A stretch of DNA of 63,612 nt, the filler included, from Octopus bimaculoides (taxonomy: Eukaryota), in the NCBI RefSeq assembly GCF_001194135.2. It is 4 parts of 3 records of this genome, joined end to end, with 100 filler letters (N's around TTAATTAATTAA, not from the genome) between each part and the next. Parts side by side here need not be neighbours in the genome. Positions count along the whole stretch, not along the records: positions 1 to 15,714 come from NC_068989.1; 3 more parts are not named here. One strand, written 5' to 3'. Below the pieces are notes generated by a model that saw only the letters and a program-made list of their open reading frames with translations, was not told the origin of the DNA and made no database searches. This document shows positions 1 through 11,844 of the stretch, piece after piece. The first letter of the stretch is position 1. Each line of letters starts with the position of its first letter. The translations under genes were made by a program, and so were the position numbers.

Positions 1-57
<57 letters not shown>
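1..57. repeat. (GT)n microsatellite, runs off the window start
   Basis: Pure GT dinucleotide run. Confidence 0.98.
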
Positions 58-58
<1 letters not shown>

Positions 59-457
59 TCTTCCGTAGGCATGATGTCGCATATAACCGATACGAAACGT
101 ATGTTAACGTTTTGGATCACCGATGGTTTGAATGCTTTCTCTGTAAAACATTGAAACATTACGGTTCGACTGACGTAATGTTCGACTTACAAGCTGACCA
201 CAAACGCACCAGAAACTGACCACAATCTCACCAATGGACCACCAATAATATCTACACCGAATATCAATAAACTGGTGTGAATTTTTTTGACATAATGAGG
301 ACATCTCTTCACTAGAAAATACTGACCACCAACAAACATTTTAGCCTCAACAGCACATATCTTCTCTGACCAAACGAGTTTGTCTGCTGGCCACAAACTG
401 ATCAAGACGTGTGTGTATATGGACCTCAACACTGCTTTGCAATTCAATTCCTGTATT

Positions 458-850
458 GGCGCAGGCGTGGCTGTGTGGTAAGAAGCTTGCTTCTCGACCA
501 CATGGTTCCTGGTTCATTCCCACTGCATGGCACCTTGCGCAAGTGTCTTGCGAGCGGATTTTGGTTGAAGGAAATTTAAAGAAGCCTGTCGTATATAAAT
601 GTAACATATCTATGTGTATGCGTAAAACTTTCTTTTACTGTTTGACTTCCAGCACTGCTTGACAACCGGTGATGGTCTGTATACGTCCTCGTAACTTCGT
701 GGTTCGGTAAAAGAGACGATTGATTAAGTCCCAGACTTGAAATGATAAAAGAAAGTACTAAGTTCGGTTTATTCGACTGAAAATTCTTTAAGGCGATGCT
801 CCAGCATGGCCGCATTCTAATGACTCGAAACAAATAACAAATAAAAAAAA
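458..850 (+). mobile_element. tRNA-derived SINE, family A (internally deleted copy)
   Basis: Head GGCGCAGGCGTGGCTGTGTGGTAAGAAGCTTGC with B-box-like GGTTCATTCCC; tail module GTAACTTCGTGGTTCGG...CTCCAGCATGGCCGCA; A-rich end; about 9 homologous pieces in the window. Confidence 0.85.
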
Positions 851-907
851 AGCTAACGAGCTAATTAGAGAACCTGTTGTCTAGATAATAATTAACCATG
901 GCTATAT

Positions 908-1190
908 CAACGATTCTCAAACGGTTTGCAGAGGACACACGGGGTTCCATATAAGAGTTTTGGGGTTCCACGTAAGCTAAACAGTAAATTGGGGTCTACA
1001 GTAGTATGCTAAGGGCTTATGAAAGATAAATCCTCTACTAAATAGGCGCATGCGTGTCTGTGTGGTAAGAAGCTTGCTTCCCAACTACATGGTTCCGGGT
1101 TCAGTCCCACTGCGTGGCAGCTTGGGCAATGACTTGATCCGACCAAAGGCTTGTGAGTAGATTTGGCAGACGGAAACTGAAAGAAGCCCG

Positions 1191-1242
<52 letters not shown>

Positions 1243-1672
1243 ATGTATGTATGTATGTATGTATGTATGTATGTATGTATTTGTGTGTTTGTGTTGTGTC
1301 TGTGTTTGTCTGCCAATCATCGCTTGACAACAGATGTTGGTGCGTTTACGTCCTTGTAACTTAGCGGTTCGGCATAAAACCCCATAGAATAAGTTCAGGG
1401 GTCGATTTCTTCGACTAAATGGCGATGCTCCAACATGGCCACAGTGAAAATGACTGAAACATGTAGCAAAATAAAATAACACACTTACTGCAAGACAGAA
1501 TTCTCTTTCTCTCATGTTCTACATGATTCAACGTGCGAATAAGAAAAATAGGAATTTTGGAAGAAATATCTATAAAACTAGATTTTAAACATTGAATGTC
1601 TATGGGGGTCCACCAGAGGAATATAGTAGTCAGAGGGGATCTATGGGTAAAAGGTGGATGAGAACCACTTGT
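908..1672. mobile_element. Degenerate hAT-like MITE remnant interrupted by a SINE
   Basis: Left CAACGATTCTCAAAC and right GATGAGAACCACT resemble CAGTGGTTCTCAAC-type TIRs; GGGGTCC subterminal motifs on both sides. Confidence 0.4.
1045..1478 (+). mobile_element. SINE family A, near full length, with internal (AT)n(GT)n(ATGT)n
   Basis: A/B-box-like head, GGAAACTGAAAGAAGCCCGTC, internal microsatellite, tail module. Confidence 0.9.
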
Positions 1673-2085
1673 GTGTATGAAACTCAACAGATGAAACTAA
1701 CAAAACCAGTTGTGGATGTTAAGAGGTTTTCGTCCTTTAATACTTGTGTGATGTATTCCGCTGCCAACAACCGCCAGAAACGTTACCGTTTATACGTGGC
1801 AAGAATTCTTACAGTTCGCTAGACTTGGACAGTAAATGTCAAGTGTCTTGGTTTTGGTCTATAGCTCTGTCTTCCGATGCTTGTTGAAACAATTGACACT
1901 CACATACGCATCCCCCCCCCACCCGCATCCTCACACACAGTGACACGCGAATCAACGCGCATATCCACACACATACACATGCACACATACACACATACAC
2001 ATACACATACATACACATATTTCTGTATATGATTAGACAGTTATACACTTTGGAGCCGACTCACAGTTCACTGATATCACAGCCG

Positions 2086-2103
2086 GCCGCCCTCTGGCGG
2101 CCA
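2086..2103 (-). promoter_or_regulatory. Candidate CTCF-type binding motif
   Basis: Minus strand TGGCCGCCAGAGGGCGG closely matches the CTCF core TGGCCASYAGRKGGCRS; isolated GC-rich word in AT-rich DNA. Confidence 0.35.
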
Positions 2104-2166
2104 TTTCATAAATTGATCATTTCATAATTCAGTGATTCTCTCACGCAGCAGAGATATGACGATGAC

Positions 2167-2213
<47 letters not shown>

Positions 2214-2422
2214 CAACAATCCTTTCTACTAAAGACACAAAGCCTGAAATTTGGGGGAGGGGTTCTAGTCAATTACATCGACTCCAGAGTTTCATTAGAA
2301 CTTAATTTATCGACTCCGAAAGGTTAAACGGAAAAGTCGACCTCGGCGGAATTTGAACTCAGAACGTAACGACGAGCGAAATACCGCTATGCATTTCGCC
2401 CAGTGTGCTAACGATTCTGCCA
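2167..2422 (-). mobile_element. tRNA-derived SINE, family C, with (ATT)n tail
   Basis: Plus strand GAATTTGAACTCAGAAC is the reverse complement of a B-box; GTCGACCTCGGCG core; (AAT)n at 2167-2220 is the tail read in reverse. Confidence 0.85.
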
Positions 2423-2445
2423 ACTTGTGGCCAAATAATAATAAA

Positions 2446-2937
2446 ATGGACGAAAAGGGGAAGGCAAAAGTCCTCTGGATCTTTGAGTTCCAGACAGAGA
2501 AGGTGTTAGACCACCGACGACCGGATAGAGTAAGTTTTTGGAGGGACCAGCAAGAGTGCCTAATAATTGATGTGGCAGTGCCAGGGGGTCAACAGATCAG
2601 GAAAGAAAGAGAAAAACATCGATAAATTTGGAGACCTGAGAACTGAGATCGCTGAAGTGTGGCAGCTACGAGAATCAAACATAAAGGTTGTCCCTTATAT
2701 CATCGGAGTATTGGATTCGATATCGCTCAACTCTAAGAAACACCTGAAAAGTTTAGAAATGCATTACAATTTAGATGTATTGCAAAAATCGGCATTACTT
2801 GGAACTGGAGGCATATTGTGTAAAGTACTGTCTGTCTGTCTGTCATCCTTGCTGTGACTTGACAGACAGTACAAACCCCAGGTAGACACAATATCTTCAA
2901 TCAACAATATGCTGATACTGGATACTGTGCGACGTCT
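2446..2937 (+). mobile_element. 5'-truncated R4/Dong-like non-LTR retrotransposon 3' end (restriction-like endonuclease), frameshifted
   Basis: Translates to KVLW.FEFQTEKVLDHRRPD...LIIDVAVP / KFGDLRTEIAEVWQL..IKVVPYIIGVL...LQKSALLGT..ILCKVLS, a PD-(D/E)xK RLE C-terminus. Confidence 0.85.
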
Positions 2938-2939
2938 TA

Positions 2940-3018
<79 letters not shown>
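2938..3018. repeat. (AAT)n microsatellite between two LINE 3' ends
   Basis: About 27 perfect AAT units. Confidence 0.97.
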
Positions 3019-3019
<1 letters not shown>

Positions 3020-3341
3020 GCCAGACATAGTGTTAATTGAGAAAGAAAACAAACTATGCTGGATCATAGATATAGCATGCCCAGCTGACAACAAGGTATG
3101 CGATAAGAAAGAAAGAAAAGTCGATAGCTATGACAGGTTAGCTTGGGAAGTTAAGCAGTTGTGGTCAATGAAAAAGGTAGCAGTAGTATCAATAATTGTC
3201 GGAGCCCTGAAAACAGTGTGTAAAAATCTTGAGAAGTACATGGAACAAATAGGGGCCGCAATAAGGGTGGAAGCACTTACAGAAAACAGCACTGCTTGGA
3301 ACCGTTCGAATACTCCGCTCCGGAAGGTGCTCGAAAAATAA
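3019..3341 (+). mobile_element. Second R4/Dong-like RLE 3' fragment
   Basis: KPDIVLIEKENKLCWIIDIACPADNKVCDKKERKVDSYDRLAWEVKQLWSMKKVAVVSIIVGAL...LRKVLEK. Confidence 0.85.
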
Positions 3342-3439
3342 GATATGTGTGTCTCTAATCATGAGCAGGAGTAGTTGGGATCATAGGGAGTCTGTCGGGT
3401 TTCAATATTTCACCCCTTAAAACATGGGTCCTTCGACCC

Positions 3440-3710
3440 CAATACTAAACTGGTTCTTATTTTATCGAACCCGAAAGGATTGAAGACAAAGTCGATCTTG
3501 AAGGAATTTGAACTCAGAAAGCAAAGACGGAAAAAATGCAGCTAAGTATTTTGACCGGCATGCTAACGGTTCTGCCAAATGATGGTTTCAAATTTTGGCA
3601 CCAGGCCAATTTTACGGGAGCGAGTGAAGTCGATTTCATCGACCATTGTGCTCAGCTTGTATTTTATTTTATCGATCTCAAAAGGATGAAAGGTAGTGAC
3701 TCTCATGGCT
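3440..3710 (-). mobile_element. Two adjacent SINE family C fragments
   Basis: GAATTTGAACTCAGAAAG and GCTAACGGTTCTGCC (3440-3578); second 3' fragment GTCGATTTCATCGACC...AGGATGAAAGG (3590-3710). Confidence 0.7.
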
Positions 3711-4249
3711 TCTGATCTTAAATGATTGCAAGTGATATCAGGTTCATTGTTTTGTGTTGATATAGAAGATGGGCTACAGCAAATATTCTGCTCAAGACCA
3801 CAGTTTGCTTGCCAGTTGCTTGACCTTAACCAAGCGAGCATGTCCATTGGTGACTGACGATATGTACATCTCTGATCCCGAGCAGAAGTAGTTGGGGAGC
3901 ATCATTGCCATGTGTTGAGAGGTTTTCGTTAGGGTTTGAATAATTCATCTCTGGAATCATGGGTGTTTCGTTCATCATTCTAAAATAAACCTTATTCTGG
4001 GACCTTTTGGAGCGAGATGAGCTATTTGGCCGGAAGAAAATTCTAACTGGGCTCCACCTGCAAGGTCATGCGCTGTTTATCTTGATATAAAATCACCATG
4101 TCATGCACATATGGTTGTGATGCATGTGCCTGGTGTCTCCTTATCATAGATGTAGTCATGATGAGTATCTTGGGCTCCGTATATTTATACCCCAGTGTCA
4201 CTTTGATAGCATGCGCTGCTCTCGCACTCAATAATAATAATGATGATCT

Positions 4250-4978
4250 AATTTATTTTCCACCAGTGCGAAGGATGAGGGAATGCGATGAAAAAATGGA
4301 GTAGATCCAAAATGGCGATTTTGCAACGAGAAGTTTGAAATAGCAGACCACTAAATCCGGTATAAATCAAGACATGACAAATTAAGCTAGTATCTATGCT
4401 AGTTGATATGTCGGCACTATAAAACCAAAACCGAGGCTCTAACTGAAGGAGAAAATATAACGATTCTGTAGGACTTTCCAGTACATCCAGAGACCATCAA
4501 AGCTAATAGAAGGGTTATTGCTGTGAAAGACCAAAACAATAAAGTTTTTTTTATTGATCGAAATGAGTATTTCGTGTGATTATAATATCCCGGCAAAAGA
4601 ATTTGATAAACTCAGAAAATATAAAGATACGTTGATTGAAATCTAAAATATATGGCGGTTAAAATACCAGTGATTGTAGGAACACTTGAAATGATCAAAG
4701 AAACAAATGAAGATTATTTGAGAATGATCCCATCCATGCATGGAGGGCAAGAGACTAATTTAACTGGCACGGCACACATATTAAGAAGGGCGTTGTCGCT
4801 GTGAAAACGATTATCACCCATATAAATAGTTTTTCCAACATAACTTCATTTGATTTTGGAAATTAATAATTTGGTGTGTTTATTTTAATGGCATATCAAT
4901 GTATGCAATGGGTGTCTTTGCCCTAGGTATCGGGAAGACACTCGACAAGAAATGGAAACAGAATTGAAAGGGGAACCA
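4250..4978 (+). mobile_element. Third R4/Dong-like fragment (CCHC region, RLE, 3' UTR), many stops
   Basis: GVDPKWRFCNEKFEIADH..YKSRHDK; ENITIL*DFPVHPETIKANR..VKDQNNK..IEMSISCDYNIPAKEFDKLRKYKD..IVGTL..TGTAHILRRALSL*. Confidence 0.75.
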
Positions 4979-5002
4979 TAATCTAATGATGATGATAATG
5001 AT

Positions 5003-6710
5003 TTATTTTATTTGCAGCCTTGGTGGCGGATTAGAGTTGACAACACAATGCTACACATAAGTTGTGGGGGATTTATATAGAATCTAATGATCAAAATATT
5101 AGAAAGTATACACGGTATAGAGTATAAAAAACAAAAACAAACAAAGTATAGAGAAAAAAGGGGATAATGATGTGATCCTCTTGATTACAGGAGGACTTCT
5201 ACAGCCAATCGAGGAGCCCCACCATCCAAGATCTCCCTGGACCTCTCCGATTTCCGTTCTCCACCTTGCTGGTGAATATTAGAACCGTGCCATCCACTAT
5301 TGCCATATTTGTAACTTTCATCTATCTTTCAATAAATTCACCCGGGAAAATAGCACCTCTTTCTCCACCCTCACTTACTTTTTCAGGTGAGATTTGAAAA
5401 AGTCAATGAGGGATCTACCAAAGAGCAATGTCTCAGTACGGTTCACCCACGGCATTCCTAAACCGCCTCACAGAGGTTGCTGGCAGTAGACTGACTGCTT
5501 GACCATCGGAACACGTTCTTTCCACAAGAAAATAAATAACAAATGCCCCAGACTAATCAAGCTGTAACCGAGGCAAGACATGACGGCCAGGTGCTAAATG
5601 ATGATGGAGGTGATTCACTACTTCTGCCCACCCGTTCCTGCATAAGACTGACCATTCTGTTCGTCATTTCGTCCCAGTTCTTATCCACTTGGAGTTATTC
5701 GCTGCATCACACGCCAAGCATTTTAACTGGTTCGTCAATTCGACGGCGTTGTCGTGCTGCTTCAGTTGCCCAGCTGTTAGCCTACCTATTTGTCGGCGTT
5801 GATCTTAACACCTGCCTCTCACCTGTATTCCTTTAGAATGGTGCCTTCCGTCTCCACTTCGGAGGTATCCGACCCCTTGACCTTGACGTCGTCTACGTAC
5901 GCTGACACTGCCTTCCCAGGTCCCAGATCGAATGGGATGCCCCTCAACTGTCCCAACTTTCGTAACAGTCTCTCGAGGAGCGAGAAAGGGCAGTCCCGGC
6001 GGTCTGAGTGTCTCATACAAAAATGGATTAACCACTGCTTACGTTGACAACTGAGCAAGTACCGCTGTGTATTGCAGGGATCTAACCTCTCCAAACTTAT
6101 CCAAACCAATCAATTTCAGATGTTCGACCCAATTGAAAGTCTTAGACTGATCCAAATTGACCAGAGCCCCTCCAAAGCTTTCGTGCCAGCCCTCTCTGAG
6201 ACGTATCACTAAAGGTGGAAAATTTCGTAGATGTATCTAATCGAGATAGCTCACGTTTGCGTTTCTCTCACCAAAACTACTCACGCCAAGCACCAAACGT
6301 TCCGCTAACACATTGACCAAAGTTTTATACTTTACATTTAGTAGTTACGATTCGAAAGTTGCACGTCCACTTCAACCGCATCGTTAATACTACCAGACGC
6401 ACAGCCGGGTGCCAGCCACAGTAGGAGTCTGGCAAGAGATCGCCAAACAATTCGTAGAATTCATAGAACGAACCATCCAGATAAGGTGATTTGTGCTTTG
6501 TGCAACCGTTCATCGTTTCCCGTATTTCACTGGTTGTTATTGGTTTTTCGAACGCCTTGCGTCTGCTGCTGAGAGCCGGGGCAGGCCATCAAGGTGCGAC
6601 CTATAGTCCACTACCATCGCGAAAAATCTCCAAATAGCTAAGTTACAGGAACGTAAGCAACCCAACACCAATTGTCGAGCGATGGTGGTGACAAACCAAA
6701 CACACATATG
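5003..6710 (-). mobile_element. Decayed Tx1/L1-clade LINE ORF2 (RT to C-terminus plus 3' UTR), internally deleted
   Basis: Ordered minus-strand motifs: HLDGLPRLSAAD, KSPYLDGSFYEFY, ALVNLDQSKTFNWVEH, DCPFSLL..VSAYVDDV, VKMLGV, LFIFLWKERVPMVK..GGLGMPW, FFKSHLKK*VRVEKE, then AATAAATAAAT end. Confidence 0.85.
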
Positions 6711-6714
6711 CATA

Positions 6715-6756
<42 letters not shown>

Positions 6757-7246
6757 NNNNNNNNNNNNNNNNNNNNNNNNNNNNNNNNNNNNNNNNNNNN
6801 NNNNNNNNNNNNNNNNNNNNNNNNNNNNNNNNNNNNNNNNNNNNNNNNNNNNNNNNNNNNNNNNNNNNNNNNNNNNNNNNNNNNNNNNNNNNNNNNNNNN
6901 NNNNNNNNNNNNNNNNNNNNNNNNNNNNNNNNNNNNNNNNNNNNNNNNNNNNNNNNNNNNNNNNNNNNNNNNNNNNNNNNNNNNNNNNNNNNNNNNNNNN
7001 NNNNNNNNNNNNNNNNNNNNNNNNNNNNNNNNNNNNNNNNNNNNNNNNNNNNNNNNNNNNNNNNNNNNNNNNNNNNNNNNNNNNNNNNNNNNNNNNNNNN
7101 NNNNNNNNNNNNNNNNNNNNNNNNNNNNNNNNNNNNNNNNNNNNNNNNNNNNNNNNNNNNNNNNNNNNNNNNNNNNNNNNNNNNNNNNNNNNNNNNNNNN
7201 NNNNNNNNNNNNNNNNNNNNNNNNNNNNNNNNNNNNNNNNNNNNNN

Positions 7247-7313
<67 letters not shown>

Positions 7314-7321
7314 CATATATT

Positions 7322-7480
7322 CAACAAGCTTCTTTCTGTTTCCCCTCTACCAAACTCACTCGTAAGGCTTTGGTCGGCGCTTGGCTATAGCAGAAGGTAA
7401 TTGCCCAAGGTGCCACGCAGTGGGACTGAACCCAGAACCATGTGGTGGAAAAGCAAGCTTTCTACTACACACCCACACCT
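7322..7480 (-). mobile_element. SINE family A head half
   Basis: Reverse complement of the family A head (CCAAGGTGCCACGCAGTGGGACTGAACCCAGAACCATGTGG). Confidence 0.85.
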
Positions 7481-7864
7481 AGTGTTATTAATACTTATAA
7501 AAAATGTCGTGTAAGCGTTTTGAATGCCAAACTATGACAGTATTTCTGAATGTATTTCGTTCAATAATTGTCTGTCCATAATTCATTTTAGTTATTTTTC
7601 ATATTTTTAATGTAATTATGTTTTCTTTGTGATGTTGTGCGGGGGTGGGCCTGTCGACTACTAATTTATTTGTCGTTACAAAACTTCCTTCTCGTTCAGT
7701 AGAAGAAGCCATATTAAAATAATGTAAAGTGGAAAACGGAATCAGGACGAATGAATTAATTTCTGTTTTGGTAAACTTTCCTAAAACTCTCGGTTTTAAC
7801 AATTGGAAGAGACGTCCACCTTTCCAAATTTCCTCTTTGCAAAGTTTCTACGTTCCAGAGATTA

Positions 7865-8088
7865 AAAGGGGGGAGAAAGAAAGAAAGAAAGAAAGAAAGA
7901 AAAAAAGAAAGAGAAGCTGATATTAAAAAGAGAGATTAAGAGAGAGAGAGAGAAAGAGAGAGAAAACAAAGAAAGAAAAAGAGACTAAGCGAAAGAGAGT
8001 GAAAGAGATTAATAGAGAAAGTAAGAGAAATTAAGACATAAATAACAGACTAAGAGAGAAAGAGAAAGAGAAAGGAAGAGAGAGAGAG

Positions 8089-8142
<54 letters not shown>

Positions 8143-8210
8143 AGAGAGAAAGAGATAGTTAGAGAGAGAGAGAGAGAGAGAGAGACAGAGGGATAGACAG
8201 AGAAAGAGAA
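7865..8210. repeat. Polypurine (GA)n/(GAAA)n tract
   Basis: About 345 bp almost purely A/G. Confidence 0.95.
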
Positions 8211-8519
8211 AATGGCTCTTTGAATGTCTTGTTCTGCTTTCGCGTCAGAGATACTCGCTTTCTTTTTTCTGCTTCACTTAACTTCTTGAGTAAGAGTGAA
8301 GCCCTTTATTTTTGCCACCCGACTTCCTGTCTTCCAAGACCTCATCGTCGTCCTACAACCATGGAGTATTACTTGTTGGAACCAGAAGGAAAGTTCACTC
8401 ATTTTATTGCTTCCCGAACCAGAAGACGGACCGATTTCTCTCGTCATTCTTGAACTTGCGAACAATGGATAATCTCGAAACCCCATTATCTAATTTCCAG
8501 CGCCTCCGTTGAGAAGGTG

Positions 8520-8800
8520 CGTAGTCAGGTAGTTAGAATGTTCAAACTCAGGATAGCCAAGTCCTGATTTCGATTCCCCGAACGGGCGGTGCGTTACGCT
8601 CTTGAGTAAAACATTTTTCATGTTTCGCTACCTCAGCTGACTCAACCGTAAACTTAGCGGTTCGGCTCAAGACACCGAGAGAATAAGTACCAGACCTTCA
8701 AAAACAAATCCGTACCAGGATAGATGTGTTCGACTGAAATTCTTCAAGGCTGTATCCCAGCATGGTCGCGTTCTAATGCCGGAAACAAGTAAAAAAATAC
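8520..8800 (+). mobile_element. tRNA-related SINE sharing the family A tail module
   Basis: TAGTCAGGTAGTTAGAATG / GATTTCGATTCCC head; AACTTAGCGGTTCGG...CCCAGCATGGTCGC tail. Confidence 0.65.
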
Positions 8801-8969
8801 ACTTTCTTCAATTATCCAATTGTAGATTTAAAATGCAATGGTGAGCAGATTTCTGGCTGGCGGAATTGCAGCTGCATGATGTATGAGAATTTCACATAAC
8901 ACTGCTGTAAACGTGGTGATAAATACGGAACTAATTAATTAATTAAATAATTAATTAATTAATTAATGT

Positions 8970-9185
8970 TTTCAAATTTTGGCATAAGGCCTGCAATTTT
9001 AGTGGGAGAAAGAGAGTTGATTACATCGATCCCGTCATTTAACAGGTAATTTAATTCATCGGCTCCAAAAGTTTTGAAAGACAAAGCCGATCTCAGCAGT
9101 ATTTGAACTCAGAGCTTAGAGAACCGGATGAAACGCCGCTAAGAATTTTATCCGACGCTAAAAATTCAGCCAGCTCGCCAGTTTA
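8970..9185 (-). mobile_element. SINE family C
   Basis: GGCATAAGGCCTGCAATTT...ATTTGAACTCAGAG...CAGCTCGCC. Confidence 0.8.
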
Positions 9186-9204
9186 GTAAGAAGGATAGTA
9201 ACGA

Positions 9205-9600
9205 CTGTGTGGTAAGAAGCTTGCTTCCCAACCACATGGTCCGGGTTCATTCCCACTGTGTGATACCTTGAGCATGTGTCTTCTACCATAGCCTCGGGCT
9301 GACCAAATCCTTATGAGTAGATTTGGTAAACGGAAACTGAAAGAAGCCCGTCGTCTTCGTTTGTATGTGTATATAAATGTTTATGTGTTTGTGTGTCTGT
9401 GTTTGTTCCCCACCATTGCTTGATAACCGATTTTGATGTGTTTACACACCCATAACTTAGGGGTTCGGTAAAAGAGCCCGATAAAATAAGTATTAGGTTT
9501 ACAAAGAATACGTCCTGGGGTTGATTTGTTCGACTAAAAGGTGGTGCTCCAGCATGGCCGCAGTCAAGAGAGAGTGAAATAAGCAAAAGAATAAAAGAAC
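9205..9600 (+). mobile_element. SINE family A, near full length
   Basis: Head, internal GT-rich spacer, tail module ending AAAAGAATAAAAG. Confidence 0.9.
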
Positions 9601-9614
9601 GGTGTCTCATATTT

Positions 9615-9788
9615 GGGACAAGGTCAGTAAATTCGGGAGACTCCCCCATGCCAACCCACCCAGTGCTCAACTGGTTCTTATCGGCACCGAAAGGATCCAT
9701 GACAATGTGAACCTCGGCGGAATTCGAACTCAGAACGTCAAGACGGACGCAGTGCCACGAATCATTTTGCCCGACGTGATTTTTCTGC
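9615..9788 (-). mobile_element. SINE family C, runs into a gap
   Basis: AACTGGTTCTTATCG..GAAAGGAT..AACCTCGGCGGAATTCGAACTCAGAACG. Confidence 0.75.
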
Positions 9789-11317
9789 CNNNNNNNNNNN
9801 NNNNNNNNNNNNNNNNNNNNNNNNNNNNNNNNNNNNNNNNNNNNNNNNNNNNNNNNNNNNNNNNNNNNNNNNNNNNNNNNNNNNNNNNNNNNNNNNNNNN
9901 NNNNNNNNNNNNNNNNNNNNNNNNNNNNNNNNNNNNNNNNNNNNNNNNNNNNNNNNNNNNNNNNNNNNNNNNNNNNNNNNNNNNNNNNNNNNNNNNNNNN
10001 NNNNNNNNNNNNNNNNNNNNNNNNNNNNNNNNNNNNNNNNNNNNNNNNNNNNNNNNNNNNNNNNNNNNNNNNNNNNNNNNNNNNNNNNNNNNNNNNNNNN
10101 NNNNNNNNNNNNNNNNNNNNNNNNNNNNNNNNNNNNNNNNNNNNNNNNNNNNNNNNNNNNNNNNNNNNNNNNNNNNNNNNNNNNNNNNNNNNNNNNNNNN
10201 NNNNNNNNNNNNNNNNNNNNNNNNNNNNNNNNNNNNNNNNNNNNNNNNNNNNNNNNNNNNNNNNNNNNNNNNNNNNNNNNNNNNNNNNNNNNNTATATAT
10301 ATATATATATCTAAAATTTGTTCAAGTGTGAACCGATTAATATACGTTGAAAGCTACGTTTGAAAGTCTATCAGGAAGTTTAAATTGTTTAACATGTTTA
10401 ACTTTCTACAAGCGAGAACAACAACTTCAAAGATGATCACAAGAGATCAACGAAATAACATGAGCGAGCGTGTAAGACATAGCATCTACATCTAACCTCA
10501 AATCACACGGGACAATCGTTGAGAAGAAGGAAAAATAACCCGAAACACTTGAGTCCTATACGTTCTATGTTTGAACGTTAACAAAAGAAAATAAAAAGAA
10601 AGGATACTAACAATTAATTATTAGCGACGGAAGCTGTATTAATATCAGAAAGTAATCTTTAATTCTTATTAGAAAACCGAATACTACGTTGTTAGCCTTG
10701 AGGGATCCTCTCATATATGCGCTTGGTGCATAGAACGAAATCACATGAGATGGGAATTCCGGCACCCATGACAGACGATTGTCGTCTGCCACAATCTGTG
10801 TGTGTGCTTTTATGCATCAAGTGCCTACACGAGAGAATTTCTCAACGCTGATAATGCAGCATCTGGTGTTTGAACAAGGCATCCATGTTTAGTTGTAGAT
10901 ATAAAGATTACCTTTAGGATAATAACAGTTTAAGCCTATTTTTTTTCATCCGTTATAATCATAATTGCGCAAGAGAAGCTACGAGATGGATTTAAACACA
11001 ATAAATAAAATAAAATGCAATAAAATATTATAGCTAAGCCTTCGATGAAAATAACCGTAACTGTTAACTATATTGAGCTGGACAACAGCTCTTAGAACAT
11101 GACGTGCAAAACGTGTTTTAATTTTTATATTCTGTTTTCTTCTAACAAGACAGCAATGCTCATTCGCATTACAAGCATACAAACATACACAGACATTCAT
11201 ACATGTGTCTGTGATTGTTTTATTTCAAGATTTCTTGCCAATAGAGAAAGGGACGGATTCTAACCTACATCCAAGGCTCCTTCATTGGAATTTCAATATC
11301 AACAACGAAGTATATTT

Positions 11318-11416
11318 GTATGTATGTATGTATGTATGTATGTATGTATGTATGTATGTATGTATGTACGCATGTATGTATGTATGTATGTATGTATGTA
11401 TGTATGTATGTATGTA
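11318..11416. repeat. (ATGT)n tetranucleotide repeat
   Basis: About 24 units. Confidence 0.97.
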
Positions 11417-11424
11417 TTAAACTT

Positions 11425-11600
11425 TTTCTGCTATAGGCAGAAAGCCTCAAATTTGGGAGAGGAGGTAAGTCAATTACGACGACCCCAGTGTTCATCTGGT
11501 ACTTATTTTACCGACCCCGAAAGGACGAAAGCCCAACTCGACCACCTCGGCGACATTTGAACTCAGAACGTAATGACGGTGTGCCGACGGCTGTGCCAGC
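11425..11600 (-). mobile_element. SINE family C
   Basis: CTATAGGCAGAAAGCCTCAAATTTGG...ACCTCGGCGACATTTGAACTCAGAACG. Confidence 0.8.
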
Positions 11601-11692
11601 AGGCCGCCTTGTGCATACATATATCAATCAGAAAAAACATATTTCTCATTATACGAATACTTTAGAATGCTTGTATCAAATATATGATTGAA

Positions 11693-11830
11693 TAAGGCAA
11701 CGCTAGCAGAATCCTTAGAAAGCCGGCTTTACGTTCTGTGAAGTTGACGTTGCTCTTCAAGCTTTCAGCGGCGATTAAATACGTATCGCTTGAGCATTTG
11801 GGTCGATGTAATCGACAAGCCTCCTCTATT
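11693..11830 (+). mobile_element. SINE family C, deleted copy in sense orientation
   Basis: AAGGCAACGCTAGCAGAATCCTTAG...TTACGTTCTG...GGGTCGATGTAATCGAC. Confidence 0.55.
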
Positions 11831-11844
11831 CAAATTTAATATTT

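Noticed and set aside
2938-3018. Regular repeats as a CRISPR-like array
   Set aside because: Simple microsatellite with no unique spacers; no repeat-spacer arrays anywhere in the window
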